Of a DNA stretch of 64,000 bases, positions 38,699-47,222 are shown one piece after another. Numbering within the stretch: position 1 is the first letter of the stretch; every line of letters begins with the position of its first letter. The stretch is from positions 319,020 to 383,019 of the forward strand of contig OZ242000.1 of NCBI GenBank assembly GCA_965204615.1. The letters are read 5' to 3'. The position numbers were made by a program, and so were the translations under genes. Source of the DNA: Acidimicrobiia bacterium (GTDB taxonomy: Bacteria; Actinomycetota; Acidimicrobiia; Spongiisociales; ZC4RG35). Below the pieces are notes generated by a model. The model saw only the letters and a list, made by a program, of their open reading frames with translations, made no database searches and was not told the origin of the DNA.

Positions 38699-38989
38699 TC
38701 CCCATCCTCTCAAGATAGAAATCCTCCGGGAAAACCAGGGCGGTTCATACCTCGGCGAACGTTGGCGTCTTGTCTCATTTGATGGTGCCGTCTTCTTCGA
38801 TTGTTCGGGGACTTTTGAGCGCCCGCTTTCGCGCCTGGGCGGTGTGGCTGCCGGGTAGTCACCCAGGTCAGGGGTGGTTATGATTCCGATGATGCGGACC
38901 CGTTGGGCCCATGGCTTGGAAAGGCGTCCTTCGATGGGTGGTTTAACATGCAGGGACAGGTCGTGACCACCTCACCTGGAAGTTAACGG

Positions 38990-40816
38990 TTGGACCGTCC
39001 CCCCTCCATGGAGATCCCCGACGCTCCCGGGGCCTACATGTTCCGGGACGCCCACGGTCGGGTGATCTATGTCGGGAAGGCCAAATCTCTGCGGAAGCGG
39101 GTGGCCTCCTACTTCGGGCGGGAGTTGCACCCTCGCACCTCGGCGATGGTGGAGTCGGCCCGCGACGTGGATTGGATCGTGGCCTCCTCGGAGGTGGAGG
39201 CGATCATGCTGGAGTACTCCCTGATCAAACAGCACCGGCCTCGTTTCAACATCAGGCTGCGGGACGACAAGAGCTATCCTTACCTCGCCATAACCCGCTC
39301 CGACCGGTGGCCCCGGGCCCATGTGATGAGAGGACGGAGGCGCAAGGGGACCGCCTACTTCGGCCCCTACGCCCACACCTACGCGATCCGAAAGACTCTC
39401 GACCTGGTGCTGCGCACCTTCCCGGTGCGTACCTGCTCCGATTCGCTGTTTCGCCGCCAGCAACTCGAGGGCCGGCCCTGCCTGCTCTTCCACATAGAGA
39501 AGTGCTCGGGGCCCTGTGTGGGCGAGGTGACGGACGAGGACTACCGGAAGGCGGTGGATGGGCTTTCGTCGTTCCTGCAGGGTGACATCGACCGGGTGGT
39601 CGAGGAGATCACCGACCGGATGAACCGGTCGTCGTCCGCTCTGGAGTACGAGGCCGCCGCCCGGTACCGGGACCGGCTGGCCGACCTGGAGAAGGCCCTG
39701 GCCCGCCAGGAGATGGTGACCGACCGCCGGGAGGACTTCGACCTGATAGCCGAACACGGCGACGAGCTGGAGACGGCCATCTGGGTGCTGTTCGTCCGGC
39801 GGGGGAGGGTGGTGGGCCGGATGGGGTCGGTGGTGGACCGGGTGGAGGAATTGAACCGGCGGGAGCTGGCCGGGTCAATCCTCCGGGAACTCTACGGTGA
39901 TCGCTCTCCGCCTCCCCTGGTGTTGGTTCCCGACCTGCCGCCCGATCCCGAGACCTTTCGAACCTGGCTGTCCGAGAGGCGGGGGAGGACCGTGGAGTTA
40001 CGGGTCCCCAAGCGGGGAGGCAAGCGCCGGTTGATGGAGACGGCCGGCGCCAACGCCCGGGAGATGTTCGGCCGTCACCGCCTCCGGCGACAGTCCGACC
40101 ACAACGCCCGGGCACGGGCGCTTCGCAGCCTCCAGGAGGTGCTGGGCCTGCCCGAGCCGCCCCTGCGGATCGAGGCATTCGACGTCTCCACCCTGATGGG
40201 CACCCACACCGTGGCCTCGATGGTGGTGGTGGAGGACGGTCTGGCCCGCAAGTCCGAGTACCGGCGCTTCAAGATCCGGAGAGTCAGGGGACAGGACGAC
40301 TTCGCCGCCATGGAGGAGGCCATCCGAAGGAGGTTCAAGGCCTACCTGGCCAGCCGCGACCTCCCCGCTCATCAACAGACCCGGTTTCGATATCCCCCTT
40401 CCCTGGTGGTGGTCGACGGCGGCGCGGGGCAGCTGGGGAGGGCGGTCCGGGTGCTGGACGAACTGGGGCTGGACATTCCCGTGGTTGGGCTGGCCAAGCG
40501 GATGGAGGAGGTCTACTTTCCCGACGCGGCCGAGCCGCTCCGGATCTCCCGCCGGGCCGAGGCACTCTATCTGCTCCAACGCATCCGGGACGAAGCTCAC
40601 CGGTTCGCGGTGGAATACCACCGTAAACTCCGTTCCAAGGGGATGGTTGACTCTCTACTGGACGAGGCGCCCGGAATCGGTCCGGTTCGAAAGCGGGCTC
40701 TCCTGCGCAGGTTCGGTTCGCTCCGGAGGCTCCGGGAGGCGAAGGTCGAGGAATTGGCCGAAGTGGTGCCCACCGCGGTGGCCGATGACCTCTTTCTGCT
40801 GTTGCGGGGAGAGTAG
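38990..40816 (+). CDS. uvrC: excinuclease ABC subunit C
   Basis: The GIY-YIG N-terminus reads PGAYMFRDAHGRVIYVGKAKSLRKRVASYF. A UVR domain, an endonuclease V-like region and a C-terminal (HhH)2 region are present. The TTG at 38990 or the ATG at 39008 could be the start. Confidence 0.93.
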   Translation: MDRPPSMEIPDAPGAYMFRDAHGRVIYVGKAKSLRKRVASYFGRELHPRTSAMVESARDVDWIVASSEVEAIMLEYSLIKQHRPRFNIRLRDDKSYPYLAITRSDRWPRAHVMRGRRRKGTAYFGPYAHTYAIRKTLDLVLRTFPVRTCSDSLFRRQQLEGRPCLLFHIEKCSGPCVGEVTDEDYRKAVDGLSSFLQGDIDRVVEEITDRMNRSSSALEYEAAARYRDRLADLEKALARQEMVTDRREDFDLIAEHGDELETAIWVLFVRRGRVVGRMGSVVDRVEELNRRELAGSILRELYGDRSPPPLVLVPDLPPDPETFRTWLSERRGRTVELRVPKRGGKRRLMETAGANAREMFGRHRLRRQSDHNARARALRSLQEVLGLPEPPLRIEAFDVSTLMGTHTVASMVVVEDGLARKSEYRRFKIRRVRGQDDFAAMEEAIRRRFKAYLASRDLPAHQQTRFRYPPSLVVVDGGAGQLGRAVRVLDELGLDIPVVGLAKRMEEVYFPDAAEPLRISRRAEALYLLQRIRDEAHRFAVEYHRKLRSKGMVDSLLDEAPGIGPVRKRALLRRFGSLRRLREAKVEELAEVVPTAVADDLFLLLRGE

Positions 40817-40821
40817 GCGCC

Positions 40822-41715
40822 ATGGCAGAGACGCCCCCTCCCGTGTCCGAGCGGCAGCCGGAATTGCTGCTCCTGACCGGCATGTCGGGAGCGGGGCGGG
40901 GATCCATGGCGCGGGTGCTGGAGGACCTCTCCTACCGGGTGATAGACAACCTTCCCCCGGCCATGGTCCTGGAGGTCGCCGCGACGGACAGACGCCTGGG
41001 GCAAACCGCTCCCCTGGCGCTGGTGATCAGGTCGTGGGATGCGGCGGTCGGACCGGAGGCGGCGATCGGGCGGGCGATCGAACGGCTGGACGGCTCAGGG
41101 ATCAACTCCTCGGTGGTGTTTCTGGACGCCGACGACCCGGTGTTGATCCGTCGCTATGAGGAGACGCGGCGCCCCCACCCTCAGGGTGGTGAGAGTCTCC
41201 CGGCGGCCATCGCCGCCGAGCGGGCTCTGCTCTCGGGGCTGAGGGCCGCATCCGATCTGATCATCGACACCTCCGACCTCAACATCCACCAGTTGCGAGA
41301 GCGGGTGGTTGCCCGATTCGGGGAAGAGGGAAAGGCCCGGCCGATGCACATCTCCATGGTCTCCTTCGGCTTCAAGAACGGGCTTCCCCGCGACGCCGAC
41401 CTGGTGTTCGACATCCGCTTCCTTCCCAATCCGCACTGGGACCCCGATCTCCGCCCCAAGACCGGGGCCGACCCGGAAGTGGCGGCGTTCGTCCTGAACA
41501 ACCCCGACACGGAGGGCTTTTTGGGAAGAGTGGTGGAGTTGCTCCTGTTCCTTGCGCCTCGCTACCGAGCGGAGGGCAAGTCCTATCTCACCATCGCCGT
41601 GGGATGCACCGGCGGCCGGCACCGCTCGGTGGCCGTGGCCAGCGAACTCTCCCGTCGACTGGCTCACCACCGGGTGGAAGTCTCCGTCTTTCACCGTGAC
41701 GCGGGTTCCGGCTGA
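40822..41715 (+). CDS. rapZ: RNase adapter protein RapZ (P-loop NTPase)
   Basis: Motifs are LLLLTGMSGAGRGSMARVLEDLSYRVIDNLP and the C-terminal GCTGGRHRSV. It sits immediately after uvrC, as is usual in actinobacteria. Confidence 0.9.
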   Translation: MAETPPPVSERQPELLLLTGMSGAGRGSMARVLEDLSYRVIDNLPPAMVLEVAATDRRLGQTAPLALVIRSWDAAVGPEAAIGRAIERLDGSGINSSVVFLDADDPVLIRRYEETRRPHPQGGESLPAAIAAERALLSGLRAASDLIIDTSDLNIHQLRERVVARFGEEGKARPMHISMVSFGFKNGLPRDADLVFDIRFLPNPHWDPDLRPKTGADPEVAAFVLNNPDTEGFLGRVVELLLFLAPRYRAEGKSYLTIAVGCTGGRHRSVAVASELSRRLAHHRVEVSVFHRDAGSG

Positions 41716-41790
41716 TTTCTCGACTCCATAGTCCGGTGACTGAAAACCTGGGCGCAGGTATTATCGGATGCGTATCTGGAAGGACCGAGA

Positions 41791-42144
41791 TTGGGACTGT
41801 TGAAGATCGCTCCGGAAGAGAACGTCCCCCTATGGGTGGATGAAGAGAACGAAATGATACGAATTCCCGGTACCCGTTTGAAGTTGGAGACGGTTATGTG
41901 GGAGTACTACCGGGGACTCATAAGACCGGAGGAAGTCGTTTACTCGTTCGACACATTGACGGTGGGGGTAGTTGAACGGATACTGGAGTGGTACCACACC
42001 CGTCGGGAGGAGGTGGACGCCTATATGAAGTGGACTCTGGAGAGGGACGCGGCCGTACGAGCCCGGTTTGAACCCATTTTCGAGGAAGTCAGGCGTCGCA
42101 AAGAGGACGAACGGCGGCGCCGGTCACAGGCTCATCCCGTTTAG
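41791..42144 (+). CDS. DUF433-like protein (putative antitoxin)
   Basis: The segment IRIPGTRLKLETVMWEYYRGLIRPEEVVYSFDTLTVGVVERILEWYHTRREEVDAYM fits the DUF433 pattern: a GTR motif followed by a helical tail. It starts at a TTG preceded by GGAAGGA. GC is lower than in the flanks. Confidence 0.7.
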   Translation: MGLLKIAPEENVPLWVDEENEMIRIPGTRLKLETVMWEYYRGLIRPEEVVYSFDTLTVGVVERILEWYHTRREEVDAYMKWTLERDAAVRARFEPIFEEVRRRKEDERRRRSQAHPV

Positions 42145-42153
42145 CGGCGGCTA

Positions 42154-42516
42154 TTGATTCGCTTCGTCGCGGATGAAGACTTCAATGGACGGACCTTGGC
42201 GATTCTCCGCAACCTCTCAGCATTGTTCGAAGTGGAGATCCACGTTAGCCGTGTCCAAGATGTGGGGCTGATGAGCGCCAGTGACTCGGCCATTCTGGAT
42301 TGGGCGGCGGCGAATCGTCGGATTTTGCTAACGCACGATCAAAGATCCATGGCACCCCACGCCGACATGCGCGTCCGGAGGATGCTACCTACTCCGGGTG
42401 TGTTCATGGTACGGCAGCATCGCGCTCCCAACGAGCAGGCTTACGCCATTTTGGATGAGGTGACTCTCCGCATCCATGAGGGAAGGGAATGGGATAACGA
42501 GGTGGTCTGGCTCTGA
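42154..42516 (+). CDS. DUF5615-like (PIN/Mut7-C-like) protein (putative toxin)
   Basis: The segments MIRFVADEDFNGR and GLMSASDSAILDWAAANRRILLTHDQ fit the DUF5615 pattern. It starts 9 nt after the DUF433 gene stop. Confidence 0.7.
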   Translation: MIRFVADEDFNGRTLAILRNLSALFEVEIHVSRVQDVGLMSASDSAILDWAAANRRILLTHDQRSMAPHADMRVRRMLPTPGVFMVRQHRAPNEQAYAILDEVTLRIHEGREWDNEVVWL

Positions 42517-42524
42517 TCGGAACG

Positions 42525-43706
42525 ATGGCCGACTATCTGACCCTCGATGACGTGAGGACCGGCGGGTGCCGGGTGCTGGTGCGCGCCGACCTGAACGTGC
42601 CCCTGCACGGCGGGGAGGTGGCTGACGACTTCCGGATTCGCGCCGCCCTGGGGGCGGTGACAGAGCTCCGGTTCAGGGGATCGGTGGTGGTGTTGTGCAG
42701 CCACCTGGGCCGACCCGAGGGCGCCGACCCCGCCTACAGCCTCGCACCCGTGGCCCGGCGTCTGGAGGAGTTGGGGGGTTTTCCGGTGCTCCACCTGCCG
42801 GCCCTGGTGGGACGAGATGTGACCCGGGCGGTTGGTGGCGCCCAACCGGGAGACGTGCTCCTTCTCGAGAACACCCGGTTCCATCCCGGGGAGACCTCCA
42901 ACGATCCGGATCTGGCGGCCGGGCTGGCGGAGTTGGCGGATCTGTTCTGCCAGGACGCCTTCGGATCGGTGCATCGCGCTCACGCATCCACGGTGGGGGT
43001 GGGAACCCGGCTGAGGTCGGTGGCCGGCCCGCTGCTTGACCACGAACTGAAAGCCCTGGGACAGCTGCTCGAAGATCCGCCCCGGCCGTTCGTGGTGGTC
43101 CTGGGCGGCGCCAAGATCTCCGACAAGTTGGGGGTTCTGTCAGCCATGGTTGAGATCTGCGACGTGCTGGCGGTGGGGGGAGCGATGTCATTCACGGCCC
43201 TCATGGCCGAGGGATACTCCGTCGGCGCCAGTCTCTCGGAAGAAGGGATGGTGGCAAGGGTGAAAGAACTCCTCGAAGGACCGCGGGGCGGAAGGGTCCT
43301 CCTCCCCGAAGACGTGGTGGTCGCCGGAGAGTTCCGAGCCGACGCCTCTCACCGGGTGACCGGCGCCCGGAACATAGGCGACGACGAGGTGGGCCTGGAC
43401 ATCGGCCCCGGCGCGGCCCGCCGCATCGCCGAGGTGTGCGAGGGCGCGGGGAGCATCTTCTGGAACGGACCGATGGGAGTGTTCGAGTGGGAGGCGTTCC
43501 GGGCGGGAACCGAGACGGTGGCCAGGGCGGTTGCCTCATCGGGCGCCTTCTCCGTGGTGGGCGGTGGTGACTCGGCGGCGGCGGTCCGGTTGCTGGGGCT
43601 GGATGACCAGGTGTCGCACCTCTCAACCGGTGGGGGAGCGAGCCTTCGGCTCCTGGAGGGAAAGCCCCTTCCCGGAGTGGAAGTCCTGGGCAAGTGGGTA
43701 CGGTAG
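42525..43706 (+). CDS. pgk: phosphoglycerate kinase
   Basis: Motifs are VLVRADLNVPL, SHLGRPEG, LENTRFHPGE, FWNGPMGVFE and the STGGGASL C-terminal hinge. Confidence 0.95.
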   Translation: MADYLTLDDVRTGGCRVLVRADLNVPLHGGEVADDFRIRAALGAVTELRFRGSVVVLCSHLGRPEGADPAYSLAPVARRLEELGGFPVLHLPALVGRDVTRAVGGAQPGDVLLLENTRFHPGETSNDPDLAAGLAELADLFCQDAFGSVHRAHASTVGVGTRLRSVAGPLLDHELKALGQLLEDPPRPFVVVLGGAKISDKLGVLSAMVEICDVLAVGGAMSFTALMAEGYSVGASLSEEGMVARVKELLEGPRGGRVLLPEDVVVAGEFRADASHRVTGARNIGDDEVGLDIGPGAARRIAEVCEGAGSIFWNGPMGVFEWEAFRAGTETVARAVASSGAFSVVGGGDSAAAVRLLGLDDQVSHLSTGGGASLRLLEGKPLPGVEVLGKWVR

Positions 43707-43714
43707 GAGAGCAC

Positions 43715-44485
43715 ATGGCCGCCAAGAGTTTGATCATCGGCAACTGGAAGATGAACCTGACCCACCTGGAGGCGATCGCGGTCGTCCAGAGACTCTGGTA
43801 CCGGCTGGACCCCGCCGACTTCGATCGGACCGAGGTGGTGATCGCCCCTCCTCTCACCTGCCTGCGCACCATCCAGACTCTGATCATGGCGGACCGGATG
43901 CCCTTCGGGCTGGGCGCCCAGCATGTCCACTGGGAGAGGGCGGGAGCGTACACAGGCGAGGTGTCGGCGGGCATGCTTGCCAAACTGGATGTGAGCTATG
44001 TGATCGTGGGGCACTCGGAGCGGCGGTCGATGTTCGGGGAGACCGACGAGTTGGTCCGAAGGCGGGTGCGGGCGGTGCTGTCGGCGGGGATGACCCCGGT
44101 GGTGTGCGTGGGAGAGACGCTCTCGGAGCGGGAGTCGGATGAGACCGAGATGGTGGTGACCGCCCAGTTGCGGGGGGCGCTGCGCCGGCTCACCTCCGAG
44201 CAGCGGGCGTCGGTGGTGGTGGCCTACGAACCGGTCTGGGCGATAGGCACCGGGCGCCACGCACTGCCCGACGATGCCGGGATGGTGTGCGAGTTGCTGC
44301 GCAACACGGTGGCCGCCATGGGAGGCACCGAGGCGGGGGAGCGGGTCCGGATCCTCTACGGCGGCTCGGCCAACCCGGGCAACATCGCCGCCTTCATGGC
44401 CAAGACCCACATCGACGGAGCACTGGTGGGTGGCGCCAGCCTCGACCCGGACACCTTCGCAGCCGTTGTCCGCTACTGGATGTGA
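43715..44485 (+). CDS. tpiA: triosephosphate isomerase
   Basis: Trimmed to the ATG at 43715, which follows GGTAGGAGAG. Motifs are IIGNWKMN, VIVGHSERR, VAYEPVWAIGTG and YGGSANPGN. Confidence 0.93.
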   Translation: MAAKSLIIGNWKMNLTHLEAIAVVQRLWYRLDPADFDRTEVVIAPPLTCLRTIQTLIMADRMPFGLGAQHVHWERAGAYTGEVSAGMLAKLDVSYVIVGHSERRSMFGETDELVRRRVRAVLSAGMTPVVCVGETLSERESDETEMVVTAQLRGALRRLTSEQRASVVVAYEPVWAIGTGRHALPDDAGMVCELLRNTVAAMGGTEAGERVRILYGGSANPGNIAAFMAKTHIDGALVGGASLDPDTFAAVVRYWM

Positions 44486-45303
44486 TGTGCACAAGGGGTT
44501 GCCAACTGTTGACGGATAGCTGGGTAGTGAGCTGAACGGCGACAACCGGGTGGCTATCCGCCTGCCCACGCCCCTCTCCCATCCTTCCAACACCCTGGGC
44601 CGGGTGACCACCTACCTGCTGTCCGAATCGATAGAGTGGCATCACCTGCACGACGAGTGGAGAATCCAGGCTTCCCGCCACAGGGTCGTTTCCTGCCGCA
44701 TCCACCCTCTCCTCCCGTAAAGGTGGATTTCCTCGCACCCTCAACATCCTTCGCCAACCAGAAGGTAAGTTTTCCGAAGTTCTCCCAAGACAACTAATGC
44801 GTTGGTAGTGGCTGGTAGGACGTAATAACCGGCTGTCAAGGGCCGATCGCGGTCCGAAGGCGGTGCCCACACTTCATCGCCTACGACCAGCAGCGACCAT
44901 CCCACGTTACCGTTCTGCGGTCTTCCTTCTAAAGGAAGCACTTCCCTGCCTTCACATTCCAGGGCTTATGATCGTCCAGCAGCACCTGCTGAACCATGTA
45001 GCGAGTACCAGGAAGCGGTTGGTTGTTGCTGGTGCTTCTGTGCTCAGACAGAAATCCGGATCATCATCGCCTTACCCCTCCCACCTCTTGCTCTTGTAGG
45101 AGTTTCGCCGTCCCCGATTCCGTCGGCGACGCTTCTTCTCAGGCATAGAGGCATCAACGATGACCACGCCGACATGAACCGCCTCAGGCTTCATGGAGAG
45201 GGATGGTTGCCCGACTTCGTCGACGCGGGTTTCTACCGTTGGGGGTCCTTTTCGATCCACCCGATGGCCTCTCGTTATCTGCCCAGTGGTATCGATTAAA
45301 CAC

Positions 45304-45338
45304 CAAGAGGCCGGAAGATGCGCTCTCCCGGCCTCTTG
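45304..45338 (-). terminator. stem-loop terminator candidate downstream of the His-rich protein gene
   Basis: A perfect 11-bp inverted repeat, caagaggccgg (45304..45314) and ccggcctcttg (45328..45338), encloses a 13-nt loop. It lies 24 nt past the stop at 45362. On the minus strand it is followed by gtgtttaat. Confidence 0.6.
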
Positions 45339-45361
45339 TGCTGTCTGGATCGAGTGGGAGT

Positions 45362-45955
45362 TTAGCTTGCCACCTGGATCGTGGTCTTGGCCATCGAGCT
45401 TTTGAACCGACTGCATTTTGCGGCTCCGGCGTTGCGCTTTTTCTCCCGTTTGCACTCGCCTACGGCTTGGGCTTTGATGGTGATGCTGTTGCTGTCACCG
45501 GCGAACTGCACCGTCGGGTTTAGATTGGTGGGGGACACTTTTTCGATGTGTAACCGGTCTTTGGTCGCGGTGTCGATGAAAAGGATGCGGTATCTGACCG
45601 GTTGCTCGCTTCCCTCGGCCGGACTTAGTGAGACCTCGCACCGGATGTCAGTGGCTACCGACTGGCAGGACGCGGACAGACGCGCCAGGGGATCGGGGCG
45701 GTGGTTTTCTTCTTCGTCGTGGTCGTCGTGGTGGTCGTCTTCGGGGCCGTGGCCATGGCCGTGGCCGGTGTCATAGACCCAACCACAGGTCGTGCCAACT
45801 CCGCTCGGATTGGGCAAACACAGCCAAACGATTTTGGTTCCCTCGTGGATGCCGCCGCCGTAAGGGTCGTCCAGGTCCGGGATTCCCTGGGCTGCCGCCG
45901 GAATGGCTGGCACCACCAGGACGGTGAGCAACAGAATCGATACAAGGCGTCTCAT
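45362..45955 (-). CDS. secreted His/Asp/Glu-rich protein (putative metal-binding), family unknown
   Basis: The signal peptide is MRRLVSILLLTVLVVPAIPAAAQG. The acidic His tract is TGHGHGHGPEDDHHDDHDEEENH. An AGGAG lies 9 nt upstream of the ATG. A Fur box lies upstream and a hairpin downstream. Confidence 0.7.
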   Translation of the reverse strand: MRRLVSILLLTVLVVPAIPAAAQGIPDLDDPYGGGIHEGTKIVWLCLPNPSGVGTTCGWVYDTGHGHGHGPEDDHHDDHDEEENHRPDPLARLSASCQSVATDIRCEVSLSPAEGSEQPVRYRILFIDTATKDRLHIEKVSPTNLNPTVQFAGDSNSITIKAQAVGECKREKKRNAGAAKCSRFKSSMAKTTIQVAS

Positions 45956-45997
45956 GGACCTAACTCCTAGGGGGGAAGATTGCTAAATCGATGAGAA

Positions 45998-46012
45998 TGA
46001 TAATCATTATCA
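45998..46012. promoter_or_regulatory. Fur-box-like operator, a perfect 7-1-7 palindrome TGATAATCATTATCA
   Basis: The sequence is gagaaTGATAATCATTATCAgt. It matches the TGATAATnATTATCA 7-1-7 motif exactly and the 19-bp GATAATGATAATCATTATC consensus at 18 of 19 positions. It lies 43 to 57 nt upstream of the minus-strand ATG at 45955. It overlaps a possible TTGGAC-17nt-TTATCA promoter. Confidence 0.65.
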
Positions 46013-46900
46013 GTCTGGTTGTCCAAGTTGGGACCGTTTGAGGAGTTCACAGGGTCGACCATGCGGGACATCATCGGCGGTTTGTTGGACGTGGCTCGTG
46101 TCAAGATGGGGTCCTTGCCGGTGGACCCGGAACCACCCACGGTTCTCCGACGGACCTCCCGGAGGGATTCAACAACCTCCTCCAAGTCCCACACCGAGTC
46201 GCTCACGGGTTCCCGAACCACGACAACCACGCATCCTCAAGAGTTCTCGCAACATAACCCCCCACACAGACCACGGCGCGCAAACCCGCGAAGTCGGGCG
46301 GCCTCCACCTGTCGGACCGCACCATCGCCCGCCGGCCCCCCGATGGTCAACTGGCACCTCTCCTAGGATCAGCAGGGCCACGGGACCACCAACAGTTATG
46401 ACAGGAGACGCCTGCGGGTCCGTTCCCGCCCGTGAATAGCGCCAGGTCAGGGCCCTCCCGGAGCCAGGTCACTTGGATCAGTAGTTTGCGGGTCGTGTTC
46501 GGACCCGAATTTGGCGGGTGGTTTGGTGTGTTCCCAGTTCAGAGGGCATACGGCGTCGATAGTGTGACCCCTACATTCGGGAGTTTGGGCACTTCAGGGC
46601 TGGGTGATGGTGGCTTTGTCCCAAGTGCGGGTGTCGACTCCGATGACAGTGAGGGTCCGGGCTTGGAGGGAGGTTCGTCGGTGTGATGCTGGGGGCTTGA
46701 TCGTCCGACACGGCGGGTAGGGCTTTGCTCCTGTCACCTAGATGGCCCGGGAGGTGTTGCCGCCCGCCGTGTTAGGGCGCTGATGTGGTCTTCTGATAGG
46801 AAACATGCACACTGCTTGGTGGCTGGTCCGTAAGGTGGTTGAAGGCAACCGCGCCCATGGGACGATCCGAGATTGGAGTCCTGCTGAAAGGAACACCGTT

Positions 46901-46992
46901 GTGAACCCGGTGAGGGTTGATGCGTTCGTCGGGGTGGACATGGCCAAGGGCGATCATTGCGCTCAGGCGATCACCTCCGATGGTGAGGAATC
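46901..46992 (+). pseudogene. IS110-family transposase N-terminal remnant (about 30 codons)
   Basis: It reads GTG NPVRVDAFVGVDMAKGDHCAQAITSDGEE. This resembles the canonical IS110/DEDD transposase start (hydrophobic-x-G-[IV]-D-x-[AGS]-K-x-x-H ... D-x-x-G). AAAGGA lies 9 nt upstream. Similarity ends abruptly at 46992, where the duplicated segment begins. Confidence 0.4.
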
Positions 46993-47217
46993 CAGAAAGA
47001 AGACGAGTATGAGGATGACTCATCCATTGAAGTGGTGTTGGTCGGCTCGGACTCAATAGAGTCGGTCAAAGCGACCCACGGACGGTATTTCCCGGAGAAG
47101 CCGGTCACCAACGGTTGGCTCGCGGATCATGGGCTGGTACGCGAAGCCACTGACGAGATCAAAGCTACTCGTCAGGAGTCATTACCCTTCCTGAGTGCCC
47201 AACTACCAAAGAGCTGA
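46993..47217 (+). pseudogene. 5'-truncated paralog fragment of the 47223..47534 gene
   Basis: Positions 46993..47151 are a near-identical copy of 47331..47489. The in-frame remnant (track ORF 47032..47217) encodes VLVGSDSIESVKATHGRYFPEKPVTNGWLADHGLVREAT and then diverges. Confidence 0.5.
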
Positions 47218-47222
47218 GCACC

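Noticed and set aside
45072-45455. 127-aa - strand ORF with a highly basic C-terminus (MPEKKRRRRNRGRRNSYKSKRWEG). I considered it as a small ribosomal-type or basic peptide.
   Set aside because: The long version overlaps the 3' end of the His-rich gene and the terminator hairpin. The 24-aa basic tail resembles no small ribosomal protein I know and has no clear RBS.
45967-46230. 87-aa - strand ORF ending just upstream of the His-rich protein gene.
   Set aside because: It would run through the Fur box and the putative promoter. It has no RBS, odd composition and no recognisable family. The region is more likely regulatory or non-coding.
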